This document shows positions 37,761 to 46,461 of a DNA stretch of 46,461 nt, piece after piece. This DNA comes from a bacterium. GTDB taxonomy: Bacteria > Zhuqueibacterota > Zhuqueibacteria > Zhuqueibacterales > Zhuqueibacteraceae. The notes below the pieces were generated by a model. That model did no database searches. It was not told the DNA's origin and saw nothing but the letters and a program-made list of their open reading frames with translations. The translations under genes were made by a program, and so were the position numbers. Numbering within the stretch: the first letter of the stretch is position 1; each line of letters starts with the position of its first letter. The stretch lies in NCBI GenBank assembly GCA_044869275.1, contig JBIOXB010000222.1:1-46461 (forward strand). Reading direction: 5' to 3'.

Positions 37761-37976
37761 TCAGTCTTCGGTGATCTCGTTGGCATCCGGTGCGGTCGGA
37801 TCGTTGCCGTAGTAGTTGCCTTGCACGTCGCTTTCTTCCCAAATCGGCGAAGAAGGATCGTTGACTTCTCCGGTTTCGTCGTATTCATCCGGATCGTCGG
37901 CGGCTTCGATGGCGAATTCGAACTCGGGGTCAAAATCTTTCATAACCAGCTCGCCCTCTTCGTGGTTCCATTTCAT
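37761..37976 (-). CDS. 71-aa highly acidic microprotein
   Basis: AGGAGG RBS 6 nt before ATG. 24/71 residues are D or E. Confidence 0.7.
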   Translation of the reverse strand: MKWNHEEGELVMKDFDPEFEFAIEAADDPDEYDETGEVNDPSSPIWEESDVQGNYYGNDPTAPDANEITED

Positions 37977-38290
37977 GATTTGCCTCCTGCAACAAGGTTT
38001 GGGTTCATCAGTCCCTGATGTGCCCGGGGTTCAGTTAATGATAACGGCGAATAATACCTGCAATGCGAGGGCTTGCGCAAAATTTCATTCATTTTATCGC
38101 CACGCTTTCGGAGTTTTTTTTAAACGCTGCGCTGCTTCCGGCGCGCGAGCGGATGGCCTGCCCTCAAATGGGCTCGTACGCTCGCTAGCGTCGCCGCGGC
38201 CAATCAACCTCCACCAATCCTCGCGCCGGCGGAGCGGCGCGTCGCGCCGCTGTGACGTTCCGCCAATCGCGACCGGGGGCACTCCCGGCT

Positions 38291-38830
38291 TCAACGGTTA
38301 GCCGGAGTCAGGACCACGGTTTCCAGAATTTCCTGCGAACGGGCGTCAACGGTCACGCGCTTTTCCTGGCTGCCGTTATTGGTGATATTGAATTTGAAAA
38401 TCAGGCGCCCGTTCTCGCGCTGCGCTTTCCATTTGCGCACTGTGCCTGGCACGGCTCGCAAGGCCGCGTATTCTGCGGCGTCGCGATGCGAAAGACTAAT
38501 GGGCTCGGGAACATCCTCCTCCTGCGCCACGTCCGCTTGCAGCTTGGCTGTGACGTCTTTTACTTCGAGCAGCCGGCCGGTTGCCACATCAACAGTCACG
38601 CGGCGCGCCTCCGCGCCGTTTTGCAGATGGATGCGATACACCAAACGATCCAAATCTGTCTCGAGAGCTTCTCCGACAATAAATCCGCCGGGCAGTTCCT
38701 TGAGGGCAATCTGTTCCGCGGCTTCCTTGTCAATTCCATTCGTCGTGTTGCCGGAATCGCAGCCCATGTGCGCCACGTTCAGGGCCGCACATATCGCCCA
38801 CCCACAGATTGCATTTTGAAGTCTCATCAC
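38291..38830 (-). CDS. PepSY-domain lipoprotein (two PepSY repeats)
   Basis: Lipobox-like HMGC and two repeats ending VTVDVATGRLL and VTVDARSQEIL. GAGGA RBS. Confidence 0.85.
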   Translation of the reverse strand: MMRLQNAICGWAICAALNVAHMGCDSGNTTNGIDKEAAEQIALKELPGGFIVGEALETDLDRLVYRIHLQNGAEARRVTVDVATGRLLEVKDVTAKLQADVAQEEDVPEPISLSHRDAAEYAALRAVPGTVRKWKAQRENGRLIFKFNITNNGSQEKRVTVDARSQEILETVVLTPANR

Positions 38831-39336
38831 GTGTCCTCATTGGCCAAGTGTTTCAAACTCGAACGCTTCACACAGTGCTCGCAGTCGTTATCGACAATAA
38901 TACCGCAGAGTCACGCCATTAGCTGAATTTTTTTCAGTTTAAAAATAAGTACGCTTTCGGTGGGCGGATTACATCTCTGTAATCATTGCCTGAACGAATC
39001 CCAACTCTTCTGGTGTACCAGGCTGGCGCCGGTCGAACGGTGGCGTTGACAAGTCGGAGAGGGCTTCAACGGCCCCCAATGACTTTTGCCGGAAGCATTC
39101 TAAATAAACAAGCCACACTTGGTGCTTCTGCTTTCGCCAGCCCCGGCAGCTTGCGCGTAATTATTACGTTCAAACAAGAAAGGTAAGCTGGCAAGGACTG
39201 CATCGGCGCTGGCGGGTAAATGAGTCGCCGGCGGGGTTGCGTGCGCGTGCCACACCCGCTGCCGGCCTCTCAACATTCTCGCTCCTTTGTGCATTCTCAT
39301 GACTCCCTGTTCCGACAGGACGCGAAAGGAGAAGCA

Positions 39337-40497
39337 ATGACAACAGAGCATGTTTCGCTCATGCAGCTCAGCTACGACAACTGGCTTGGCATTGTGCGAA
39401 CGCGGCTCCTCCAGCACGTGCAAAAAAACCTGCCGCACTATTATCCGGATCTGGCGGCGCCACAAACCCTGAAGGTGGCTTTGACCAGAGCGCCGCGCCG
39501 CAAGCGTTACACCGTGATTTTCGAGCTCGCGGTGATCAGGGAGAACGGCACGTGCGCCAAAAAGCTGATCGCCAAGGCCTACCGCATGACGCCGGGACAT
39601 AAAAATGATCATGAAGAAAAGGCCAGAAAATGCGAGCACGAGTTCGAAATCCACAAAAGAATCTATGACTATTTCCAAAAGCTGGAACGCGAGTTCACGG
39701 TAGTGCGGCCGATCGATTATCTCCCCGAGCTTGTCTGTTTGATTATCGAGAGGGCCAGCGGCAAGGATTTGGGCTCATTGATTCACCAAACCCGGCACAC
39801 CGTTTTGAATTTCGACCACAGCCGGCAAAAATTGGGGACACATTTTCAGCGGGCGGGAAAATGGCTGTCGCTTTTTCATGCTGGCTTTGTGGGCGACCTC
39901 GCCGTGCCGCCGGCGCCGACGCCTTTTGAAACGCAGCTCCAGCGCTGCTTCGAGCGCCTGGCCACCTCCGGCGTGCCGGCGCACTATCTGGATGCTCTCC
40001 AGCCGCGGCTACAAGCGCTGGTGCCGGTCTTTGCCGGAACCTCGCTGCCGCAAACCCTCTTGCACGGTGATCTCAAGCCCTGCCACATTTTTGTGACCAA
40101 GCGGCGTGTGATCCCGATTGATTTCGGCAACGTCATGCTGGGAGCCGGCTACGATGAAGTGGCGCGCATGCTGGCAGAGATTCAACTGGTTGATTTTGGA
40201 CTGAAGCCGCCGATCCATCAGCATTTGGTCGATGATTTGCAGAGACAATTCATCGTGGGATACTTCGGCGACGAGAAGTGGCTGCCTTTGTTGCGATTTT
40301 ATTACATTTGCTGGCTGAGTGCCAAGTGGCTGCGACGTCTGCACAAACATAAATGGATGACGCATCCCATGGCCAAGCGGACACACGTGTTGATACGCAA
40401 ACTGGCGGTCAAGGAATTCATCAACAACTCATACGTCACGCCGTGGTTTTACACGTTTTTGATGAACGCGCTCAACATTTTAGAAAAAGAAGTCTGA
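39337..40497 (+). CDS. Aminoglycoside-phosphotransferase/kinase-like protein
   Basis: AAGGAG RBS before MTTEH. LIAK, E-helix, LLHGDLKPCHIF and IDFG. Confidence 0.8.
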   Translation: MTTEHVSLMQLSYDNWLGIVRTRLLQHVQKNLPHYYPDLAAPQTLKVALTRAPRRKRYTVIFELAVIRENGTCAKKLIAKAYRMTPGHKNDHEEKARKCEHEFEIHKRIYDYFQKLEREFTVVRPIDYLPELVCLIIERASGKDLGSLIHQTRHTVLNFDHSRQKLGTHFQRAGKWLSLFHAGFVGDLAVPPAPTPFETQLQRCFERLATSGVPAHYLDALQPRLQALVPVFAGTSLPQTLLHGDLKPCHIFVTKRRVIPIDFGNVMLGAGYDEVARMLAEIQLVDFGLKPPIHQHLVDDLQRQFIVGYFGDEKWLPLLRFYYICWLSAKWLRRLHKHKWMTHPMAKRTHVLIRKLAVKEFINNSYVTPWFYTFLMNALNILEKEV

Positions 40498-42890
40498 TGA
40501 CATACTGGATGCCGCTCCCCCGCGCACATGAATTGTTTCTCTCACTGCTGCTGATTGGTGTGCTGGCCGTTGCCCTTCCCGCTTGCCGTGGCCAGGCTGC
40601 AACGACCGCGAAGATTGAGCGCTATCTGCCGCCGCCCAACAGCCCGCTGGCCCGCAAAGTGCATCCTCGCGTTTTCTTTGCACCAGATGATTTGCCCAAG
40701 CTGCGCCAGCGTTTAAAGACGCTGTATCGCGCCGAATTCCAGCGTTTCGTGAACGCCTTGGACAAAGGCTTCGAGGAATTGCCGGAGAATAAGGAACGCA
40801 GCCTGGAGTATTTCGACACGAAAAATTTCGCGTTCCTGTATCTGATCGATCCCGGCCAGATGCGCGAGTTTCAATTCGGCCACACGCGCGAAGATTATGG
40901 CCGCAAAGCGCGCGAGCTGGCGATGTATTTGAAAAAAGAAACGCGCGGCGACCGCCATTCTTCGGCAAATTTGTACAGCGAGCGCGGCGGCTATCATAAT
41001 CTTGCCCTGGCGGTGGCTTACGACTGGCTCCATCCCATGCTCTCGCTTGAAGACAAGCGCGGACTCGCGGATGTCATGATTCGTTTATACGACAGTCGCG
41101 ACAGAGACGCGAACATCGGCGAATATGAGAAGCTGACCAACCAAGTTACGGGTTATATTCATGCCGGCAGCGCCGCGGCGCTGGCCATGTGGGGCGATGA
41201 TCTCGGTCCGGCCTATTCCGCCAAAGCGCAGGAGATGCTGGACTATTTCAACGCCGTCTTTCTCGAACGCATGCTGGAGACGGCAGACAAGGTGTTCGAA
41301 GGGCCGGGCTGGGGCGAAGGTGCGAATTACTACAAGCTCAGCCTCATCAACATCAGCTTTCTGGCCGCTGCCGCCAACAGTGCGCTGGGCCGCAATCTTT
41401 TCTACGAGTATGGCCTTTTGCACCACAACATCATTTATCTTTATTATAACATTCTGCCTTTGCAGTTGCGCGACAACTATTACTTTTCGCGCCACGACAC
41501 CAACAGTTTGAACGAGGTCATCGGCTATGAAGGCAGCCGCCTGATGCAGATCTCCGCCGGCGCGCTGCGCCAGGCCGATCCGCGCATTGCCGGGTTTGCG
41601 CAATGGCTGCTTACGGCGAGCGGCTTCGGCCTGCCCGTGGAAAAATACAAGCATTTCGATCCGCGTTTCGATGACTTGTTTTTCTCCTTTCTATGGGGCA
41701 GCAAGGAGGTGCCGCCCCTTTCACCGCAAGCCCTGGAGCTGCCCTTGACTTACAAGCTGGGATTGGGCCAGGTGGTGATGAAATCGTCTTTCGACAAGGA
41801 CAATTCCACGCACATTATCTTCTGGGCGCCGAAATTCTGGTACGCGCCGCACGCCCATCTCGATCTCTCCAGCTTCACCATTTACAAATACGGCAGCCTC
41901 GCCCTCGATGCCGGCAATAGCAAAAATGCCGACGACATGCCGCGCAGCAACAGCTCGCGTGAAGCGATCTTTCACAATGTTCTCGGGCTTTACAATCCCA
42001 ATGAGCCCGAAGAAGAGGGCGATCCCAATTTCATGGAATTCAGCTTCAGTGGGGCCAAGAAAACCGATCATTGGAAGGATCCCGGCTTCCAGCCCGGCGG
42101 CGGCAATCATATCGGCGAGCTGCGCGCGCTGGAATCGGGCGAGGATTTTGATTACGCCGATTACGATTATTCCCGCGCCTACAAAGGCGAGAGGAGCAGC
42201 AAAGCTGCGGCAGCACACCGCCGTTTCGTTTATCTGCGCGGTGCCGAGAATCGCGAGTTTGTGCTGGTGCACGATTTGGTCGATTCGCCTTTGGAAAAGC
42301 GCTGGCTGCTGCACACTCCGTTCGAGCCGGAAATCAAGGGCGATCAAATCACCGTCACCAACAATTTCGATGTGGCGCACGGCCGCATGCTGGTGAAGTC
42401 CCTGCTGCCCGTGCAGAAAGAAGTACTAAAGGTGGGTGGCGAAGGCCAGTGGTTCGTGGACGCCGAATGGAAACTCATCAAGGCGCGCGGGCCGTACACG
42501 GACTGGGGCGCTTACTGGACCGGAAGCTGGCGCGCCGAGATCCGTTCGCAAGCCGGGGAGTTTTTGACCGTCATGCAAATCGGCGATTCGCGCATGCTGC
42601 AAGCCATGTCGCCCGTCATAAAAGTCGAATCGGCTTCGAGCACAGGCGCATTGATCGACAACAAACGCCTGGTCATCTTCAGCAAAAAAGCCGGCGCACC
42701 CGGGAGTGCGGAATATCAACTCTCGGCCACGCAAAATATTTCGCATTTGATCGGCGGGTTGCCGCCCAACACATTTGTGAAGATCAGAAAAAATGGCAAG
42801 ATGCATTTGAATATGAAAACCGGTGCGCAGGGTGTGCTCTATTTTCAAGACAACCCGGGCGGCACTGTGAAATATGAGATTGGTTTGTAG
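40497..42890 (+). CDS. Heparinase II/III-like polysaccharide lyase lipoprotein (heparinase II / PL21-like)
   Basis: TGATG overlap with the kinase gene and lipobox LPAC. Motifs HPRVF, EGANY, HAHLD..FTIYKYGSLALDAG, RRFVYL, WLLH..EP, SLLP, VGGEG and WRAEI. Confidence 0.8.
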   Translation: MTYWMPLPRAHELFLSLLLIGVLAVALPACRGQAATTAKIERYLPPPNSPLARKVHPRVFFAPDDLPKLRQRLKTLYRAEFQRFVNALDKGFEELPENKERSLEYFDTKNFAFLYLIDPGQMREFQFGHTREDYGRKARELAMYLKKETRGDRHSSANLYSERGGYHNLALAVAYDWLHPMLSLEDKRGLADVMIRLYDSRDRDANIGEYEKLTNQVTGYIHAGSAAALAMWGDDLGPAYSAKAQEMLDYFNAVFLERMLETADKVFEGPGWGEGANYYKLSLINISFLAAAANSALGRNLFYEYGLLHHNIIYLYYNILPLQLRDNYYFSRHDTNSLNEVIGYEGSRLMQISAGALRQADPRIAGFAQWLLTASGFGLPVEKYKHFDPRFDDLFFSFLWGSKEVPPLSPQALELPLTYKLGLGQVVMKSSFDKDNSTHIIFWAPKFWYAPHAHLDLSSFTIYKYGSLALDAGNSKNADDMPRSNSSREAIFHNVLGLYNPNEPEEEGDPNFMEFSFSGAKKTDHWKDPGFQPGGGNHIGELRALESGEDFDYADYDYSRAYKGERSSKAAAAHRRFVYLRGAENREFVLVHDLVDSPLEKRWLLHTPFEPEIKGDQITVTNNFDVAHGRMLVKSLLPVQKEVLKVGGEGQWFVDAEWKLIKARGPYTDWGAYWTGSWRAEIRSQAGEFLTVMQIGDSRMLQAMSPVIKVESASSTGALIDNKRLVIFSKKAGAPGSAEYQLSATQNISHLIGGLPPNTFVKIRKNGKMHLNMKTGAQGVLYFQDNPGGTVKYEIGL

Positions 42891-42969
42891 AATAAAACGG
42901 AATGTGTGAGCAGATTTTTGCTGCGAATGGATGCACTGACACCTTGTTGACTCAGGAAGAGGAACAACC

Positions 42970-43329
42970 ATGTTGAATATTGGCGGACGCCATTTTTACG
43001 GCCCCTATTCTTTCGAAGATTGGGCGCCGTCCAACGAAGGGGGCATTTACGCGATTCTCTCCGGCACCGGTTTGATGCTGAATACCGAAGAGCTCCTCTA
43101 TCTCGGCCTTTCCCGCAATTTTGCCGACGGGCGGATCAGCCGTTACCACTATGCCTATCGCTCGTGGATGGAAAACTCCGAGCCGCGCGGCAATCTCTTT
43201 ATCGCGACCTATCCCATGATTTTTGCCAGCGAATTGCAGCTGGCGCTGGAAGAGGAAAAACTGCTGAAGCTGCTCAACCCGGTCTGCAATCAATTGCATT
43301 CGCCGGTGATGCGCAGCTTGTTTCGTTAA
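42970..43329 (+). CDS. Stand-alone GIY-YIG-like protein
   Basis: GAGGA RBS. GGIYAI..LLYLGLSRN..R, late Glu helix and LNPVCN. Confidence 0.65.
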   Translation: MLNIGGRHFYGPYSFEDWAPSNEGGIYAILSGTGLMLNTEELLYLGLSRNFADGRISRYHYAYRSWMENSEPRGNLFIATYPMIFASELQLALEEEKLLKLLNPVCNQLHSPVMRSLFR

Positions 43330-43342
43330 AAGGAATCGCTGG

Positions 43343-44720
43343 CATGATGGCAACCGGATCGTTTCATGCACGCGCCGCTGCCGGTGGGCGGCCTGGCCGG
43401 TCTTTTTTTTCATTACGAAACTTCCTTCCCGTGATTTGGGCCACCCTTTATTTTGGGGAAGGAGGACTCCAGCCGATGGCGGCGGACACGATCATCGTCA
43501 ACGCCGGCGAACGCATCAACGCCAAACTCAAAAACTTGCACCCCGGCGATACCCTGCTGGTGCGCGCCGGCACGTACCACGAATCGCTAACCCTGCCGAG
43601 GGACGGCCTGCCGGATAAACGCATCGTCCTGCGCGCGTTTGCCAACGAGAAGCCCCTCATCGCCAATTCGGAGACCTTGCTCACCTGGAATAAAAGCTGG
43701 TGGTTGATTCAAGGCTTGGTGTTCGATCAGCAAGGCGCCCGGCAAGACGCCATCAAGCTCAGCGGCAACAACAATATTTTGCGCGGCTGCGAACTTCGCA
43801 ACGGCCAAAAGGATGGCATCGACGGCCGCGGCCACAGCCAGAACAACCTCATCGAGGATTGCCTCATTCACGATTTCGTCAACGGCGCCGGCGCTGACGC
43901 GCACGGCATTGCGATCAATCCGGGTCTGAGCGGCTGGAAGATTCTCAAGAACAGAATCTACAATTGCGGGGGCGATTGTATTCAATTCTACGCCGATGAG
44001 GAAGACAGCGTCTCGGGCTACGCCAAGAATTTCACCATCAGCAATAATGTTTTCTACACCACCCTGGGCGACAACAGCGAAAATGCACTGGACTTCAAAG
44101 GCATCGACGGCTGTGTGGTCGAGGACAACGAGATGTACGGCTTCGCCAACAAGATTTGGGTGATTCAAAAAGGCTGCCGCAACGTCACGGGCTCGAACAA
44201 TCGCCTGCACGACGGTGATCGCGGTTTCGAAGCGCGCGGTGAAGGCGGCCTCTCGCAGGCAAACATCACGCTCGTGCGCAACGTGTTCTACAATATCAAG
44301 GAATATGGCATCAAGTTCGACGGCGTGGCGAATGCGCAGGTGTTGCACAATACCCTGGTGAACGTCGCAGTGCATTCCTTTCGCATCGAAGGCGAGGGCG
44401 TCACCAGCGGCGCCTTTCGCAATAATCTCATTTACAATTGCGGCCCGGCGGTGATTTCGGGAACGTTCCATGCGCAAGCCGGCCACAATGGCTGGTTCAA
44501 CAGCCAGGCGGCAGACTTGAGCGGCGCCGGCGATGTCGCCGGGCTCGATCCAAAATTCGCAAACCCCGCGCGGTTCAATTTCAATTTGCACAGCAATAGC
44601 CCGGCGAGAGATGCCGGCGTCAAGGTGGGCTTGCAGTTCACGGGAGCCAATCCCGATCTCGGCGCATATGAAATCGACATGGCCATGCCGGTGAAACTGA
44701 ATCATTTTTCCGAGGAATAA
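43343..44720 (+). CDS. Secreted right-handed parallel beta-helix protein (pectate lyase/chondroitinase B-like)
   Basis: LHPGDTLLVRAGTY, Asn-rich beta-helix repeats, DPKF..F.L...SPARDAG and PDLGAYE. Start uncertain. Confidence 0.83.
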
Positions 44721-44888
44721 TTCTGCGCGTCGGTGCCGTTTGAAACCGATCGGCATCGATTGCCAACTCGCCTTTTCAGAAGTGTTCGTGAAGGTTGAGC
44801 GATTTCGGGCTTTTCTGCACTTTGTTGGTTGGCCAACAACAAGCGATAAGCATGCACATGCCGACGCCATCATCATTCCTGGACATTA

Positions 44889-46228
44889 TGCCAAGGCTTA
44901 AAAAACAGTTTCTCGCCCTGCTGCTGCTTCCCGGCCTGCTGCTCGCCAGCGTCGTGGTCGTGCCGTTATTTTTGGAAATGAATCGCCCGCCGGAGGGCCA
45001 TGGCACTATGGATTCCGTCGCCATCTACGTGGCCGCCGATCCCAGCCAGAGCCTGGTATTTGCAACGGACAAGGACGACAATTTCGTCGAAGTGCACCAT
45101 CTCGCGACCAACACTTTTGTGGGAAAAATCGGCGGGACCGGAACCGGCGCGGGGCAGCTGCAATATCCCAATGGCGTGGGCGTGGCGTATGGCGTGCCCA
45201 CGGGCAGCGGCAACAAGGATTTGCTGTTCGTCGTCGAACGCGACAATCATCGCGTATCGATTTTTTCTTTGCCGGATAGAAGTTTCCTTGCGCATTTCGG
45301 CGTGGGCGATTTGGTCGAGCCTTATGGCGTCGCTTTCTATTGGGAGGGAAACGAGCTGCAAGCCTGGATCACGGAAAACGATCCCACCCCCGATCGCGTG
45401 TATGTGTATCGCTTCATTCCCGAGGGCACGGGAATCAAAGGCGTTTTGAGTTTTTCCTTTCCCGCCAGCGGCAGCCTGGAATCCCTCGTCATCGATGCCG
45501 TGGCGCAACGTGCATTGATTTGCGATGAAATTGGCGAGCGCGACGTGATGGCTTTCGACCTGCAGGGCAATTTGATCACGCGCTTCGGCAAAGGACTCTT
45601 TGCCAATCAGCCCGAAGGCCTCGTGATCTATGATCTGGGCGATGGTGAGGGTTACATCATCGTTTCCGATCAAAACGTCCAGCCCTATGCCGAGTATGAA
45701 GTTTTCGATCGCAAGACCTACAGGTCTCTCGGTCATTTTTCCGGCGAAACCAAGACCACGGACGGCATCGCGCTGACGCAAGCGGCATTGCCGCGTTTGC
45801 CGCGAGGTTCCTTTTACGCCATGCACTCTGATGATGTCGTGCATGTTTACGATTGGGCGGAGATTGCCAAAGCGCTGAATTTGGGCACGAAAATTATTTC
45901 CCCCCGGGCGCGCCCTACTGGGGTGGATACACGCCCGCAAACTTTGCCGACCGCCTTCGGGCTCCTGTCCAACTCCCCCAATCCTTTCAATCCTGCCACA
46001 ACGATCCGCTATCGCCTCGATCGTTCTACACCAGTGCGTTTGGAGATCTATTCGCCGAATGGCGAGCGGATAGCAAATTTGGTGGATGGAGTGCAAGCGC
46101 CTGGCATGTACGAAGTGCAATGGCAGGGTCGAAATGAATCCGGCGCGGCCGTCGCCTCCTCTGTTTATTTCGTGCGCCTCGCCATCCAGCAGGAGAGCCA
46201 CTGGCGGAAAATCATGCTGCTGAAATGA
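44889..46228 (+). CDS. Beta-propeller phytase-like protein with C-terminal FlgD/T9SS-type domain
   Basis: Signal peptide, DSVAI, ATDK, EPYG, ESLVID, EGLVIY..GYIIVSDQ and TDGI. Tail NSPNPFNPATTI..WQGRNESG..SSVYF. Confidence 0.83.
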
Positions 46229-46268
46229 CAAGTGCACTGTCGCCTTGATTGCTATACCCCCAGCCATG

Positions 46269-46328
46269 TCATCCCGCCGTTGCGGGATCTTGGTTGAATC
46301 AAGCACTGTGATTGTGCTGCACAAGATT
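46269..46328 (+). repeat. Dispersed ~60-bp REP-like repeat, copy 2
   Basis: Matches 36348-36406 except the hairpin loop and four substitutions. Confidence 0.85.
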
Positions 46329-46374
46329 ACCACAAAAATGCAGTTTGCAAATTCATAAAACACTTCAGCATGCC

Positions 46375-46442
46375 GTCATTCCCGCGCAAGCGGGAATCCA
46401 GGGAGCACGAGGAACTTGGATTCCCGCTTTCGCGGGAATGAC
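46375..46442. repeat. dRS3/RPE-like palindromic element
   Basis: GTCATTCCCGCGCAAGCGGGAATCCA...TGGATTCCCGCTTTCGCGGGAATGAC, i.e. two ATTCCC-N8-GGGAAT units in inverted orientation. Confidence 0.9.
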
Positions 46443-46461
46443 AGGTTTTCATCATGATAGG

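Noticed and set aside
38100..38290. GC-rich hairpins as a possible structured ncRNA
   Set aside because: No tRNA, SRP, 6S, tmRNA or RNase P hallmarks. Explicable as 3' stem-loops of the PepSY gene.
40353..40496. Longer upstream starts in the ORF track (also 39220, 43020, 44795, 7637, 4632)
   Set aside because: Downstream starts have better RBS, stop/start coupling or signal peptides.

Overview
GC-rich bacterial chromosomal segment. The gene mix (TonB receptor, T9SS-type CTD protein, PorV/PorQ and GWxTD cassette; FlgD/T9SS-tailed secreted enzymes) suggests an FCB-group lineage such as KSB1/Calditrichota-like; this is inference. About 35 CDS are supported. No rRNA, tRNA, CRISPR array or transposase is visible. 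The most interesting region is a co-oriented minus-strand block at 4330-11175. In transcription order it holds a pseudo-receiver/true-receiver pair of duplicated REC-Fis regulators lacking AAA+, a Cys4 zinc microprotein, an ECF sigma with a possible hydrophobic N-terminal extension, a zf-HC2 membrane anti-sigma with TPRs, a translationally coupled and probably exported TPR-CHAT (caspase/separase-clan) protease with an intact His/Cys dyad, and a 77-aa Lys/Arg-rich microprotein. This looks like a proteolytic trans-envelope signalling system. Other points are candidate sigma54 promoters, a promoter-plus-terminator sRNA-like unit with alternative pairings in the leader of the TonB cassette, a decayed citF, a MITE with a 4-bp target duplication, and many intergenic inverted arrays of 7-9 nt units and REP-like palindromes. 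All product calls are from motif recognition, not database searches.
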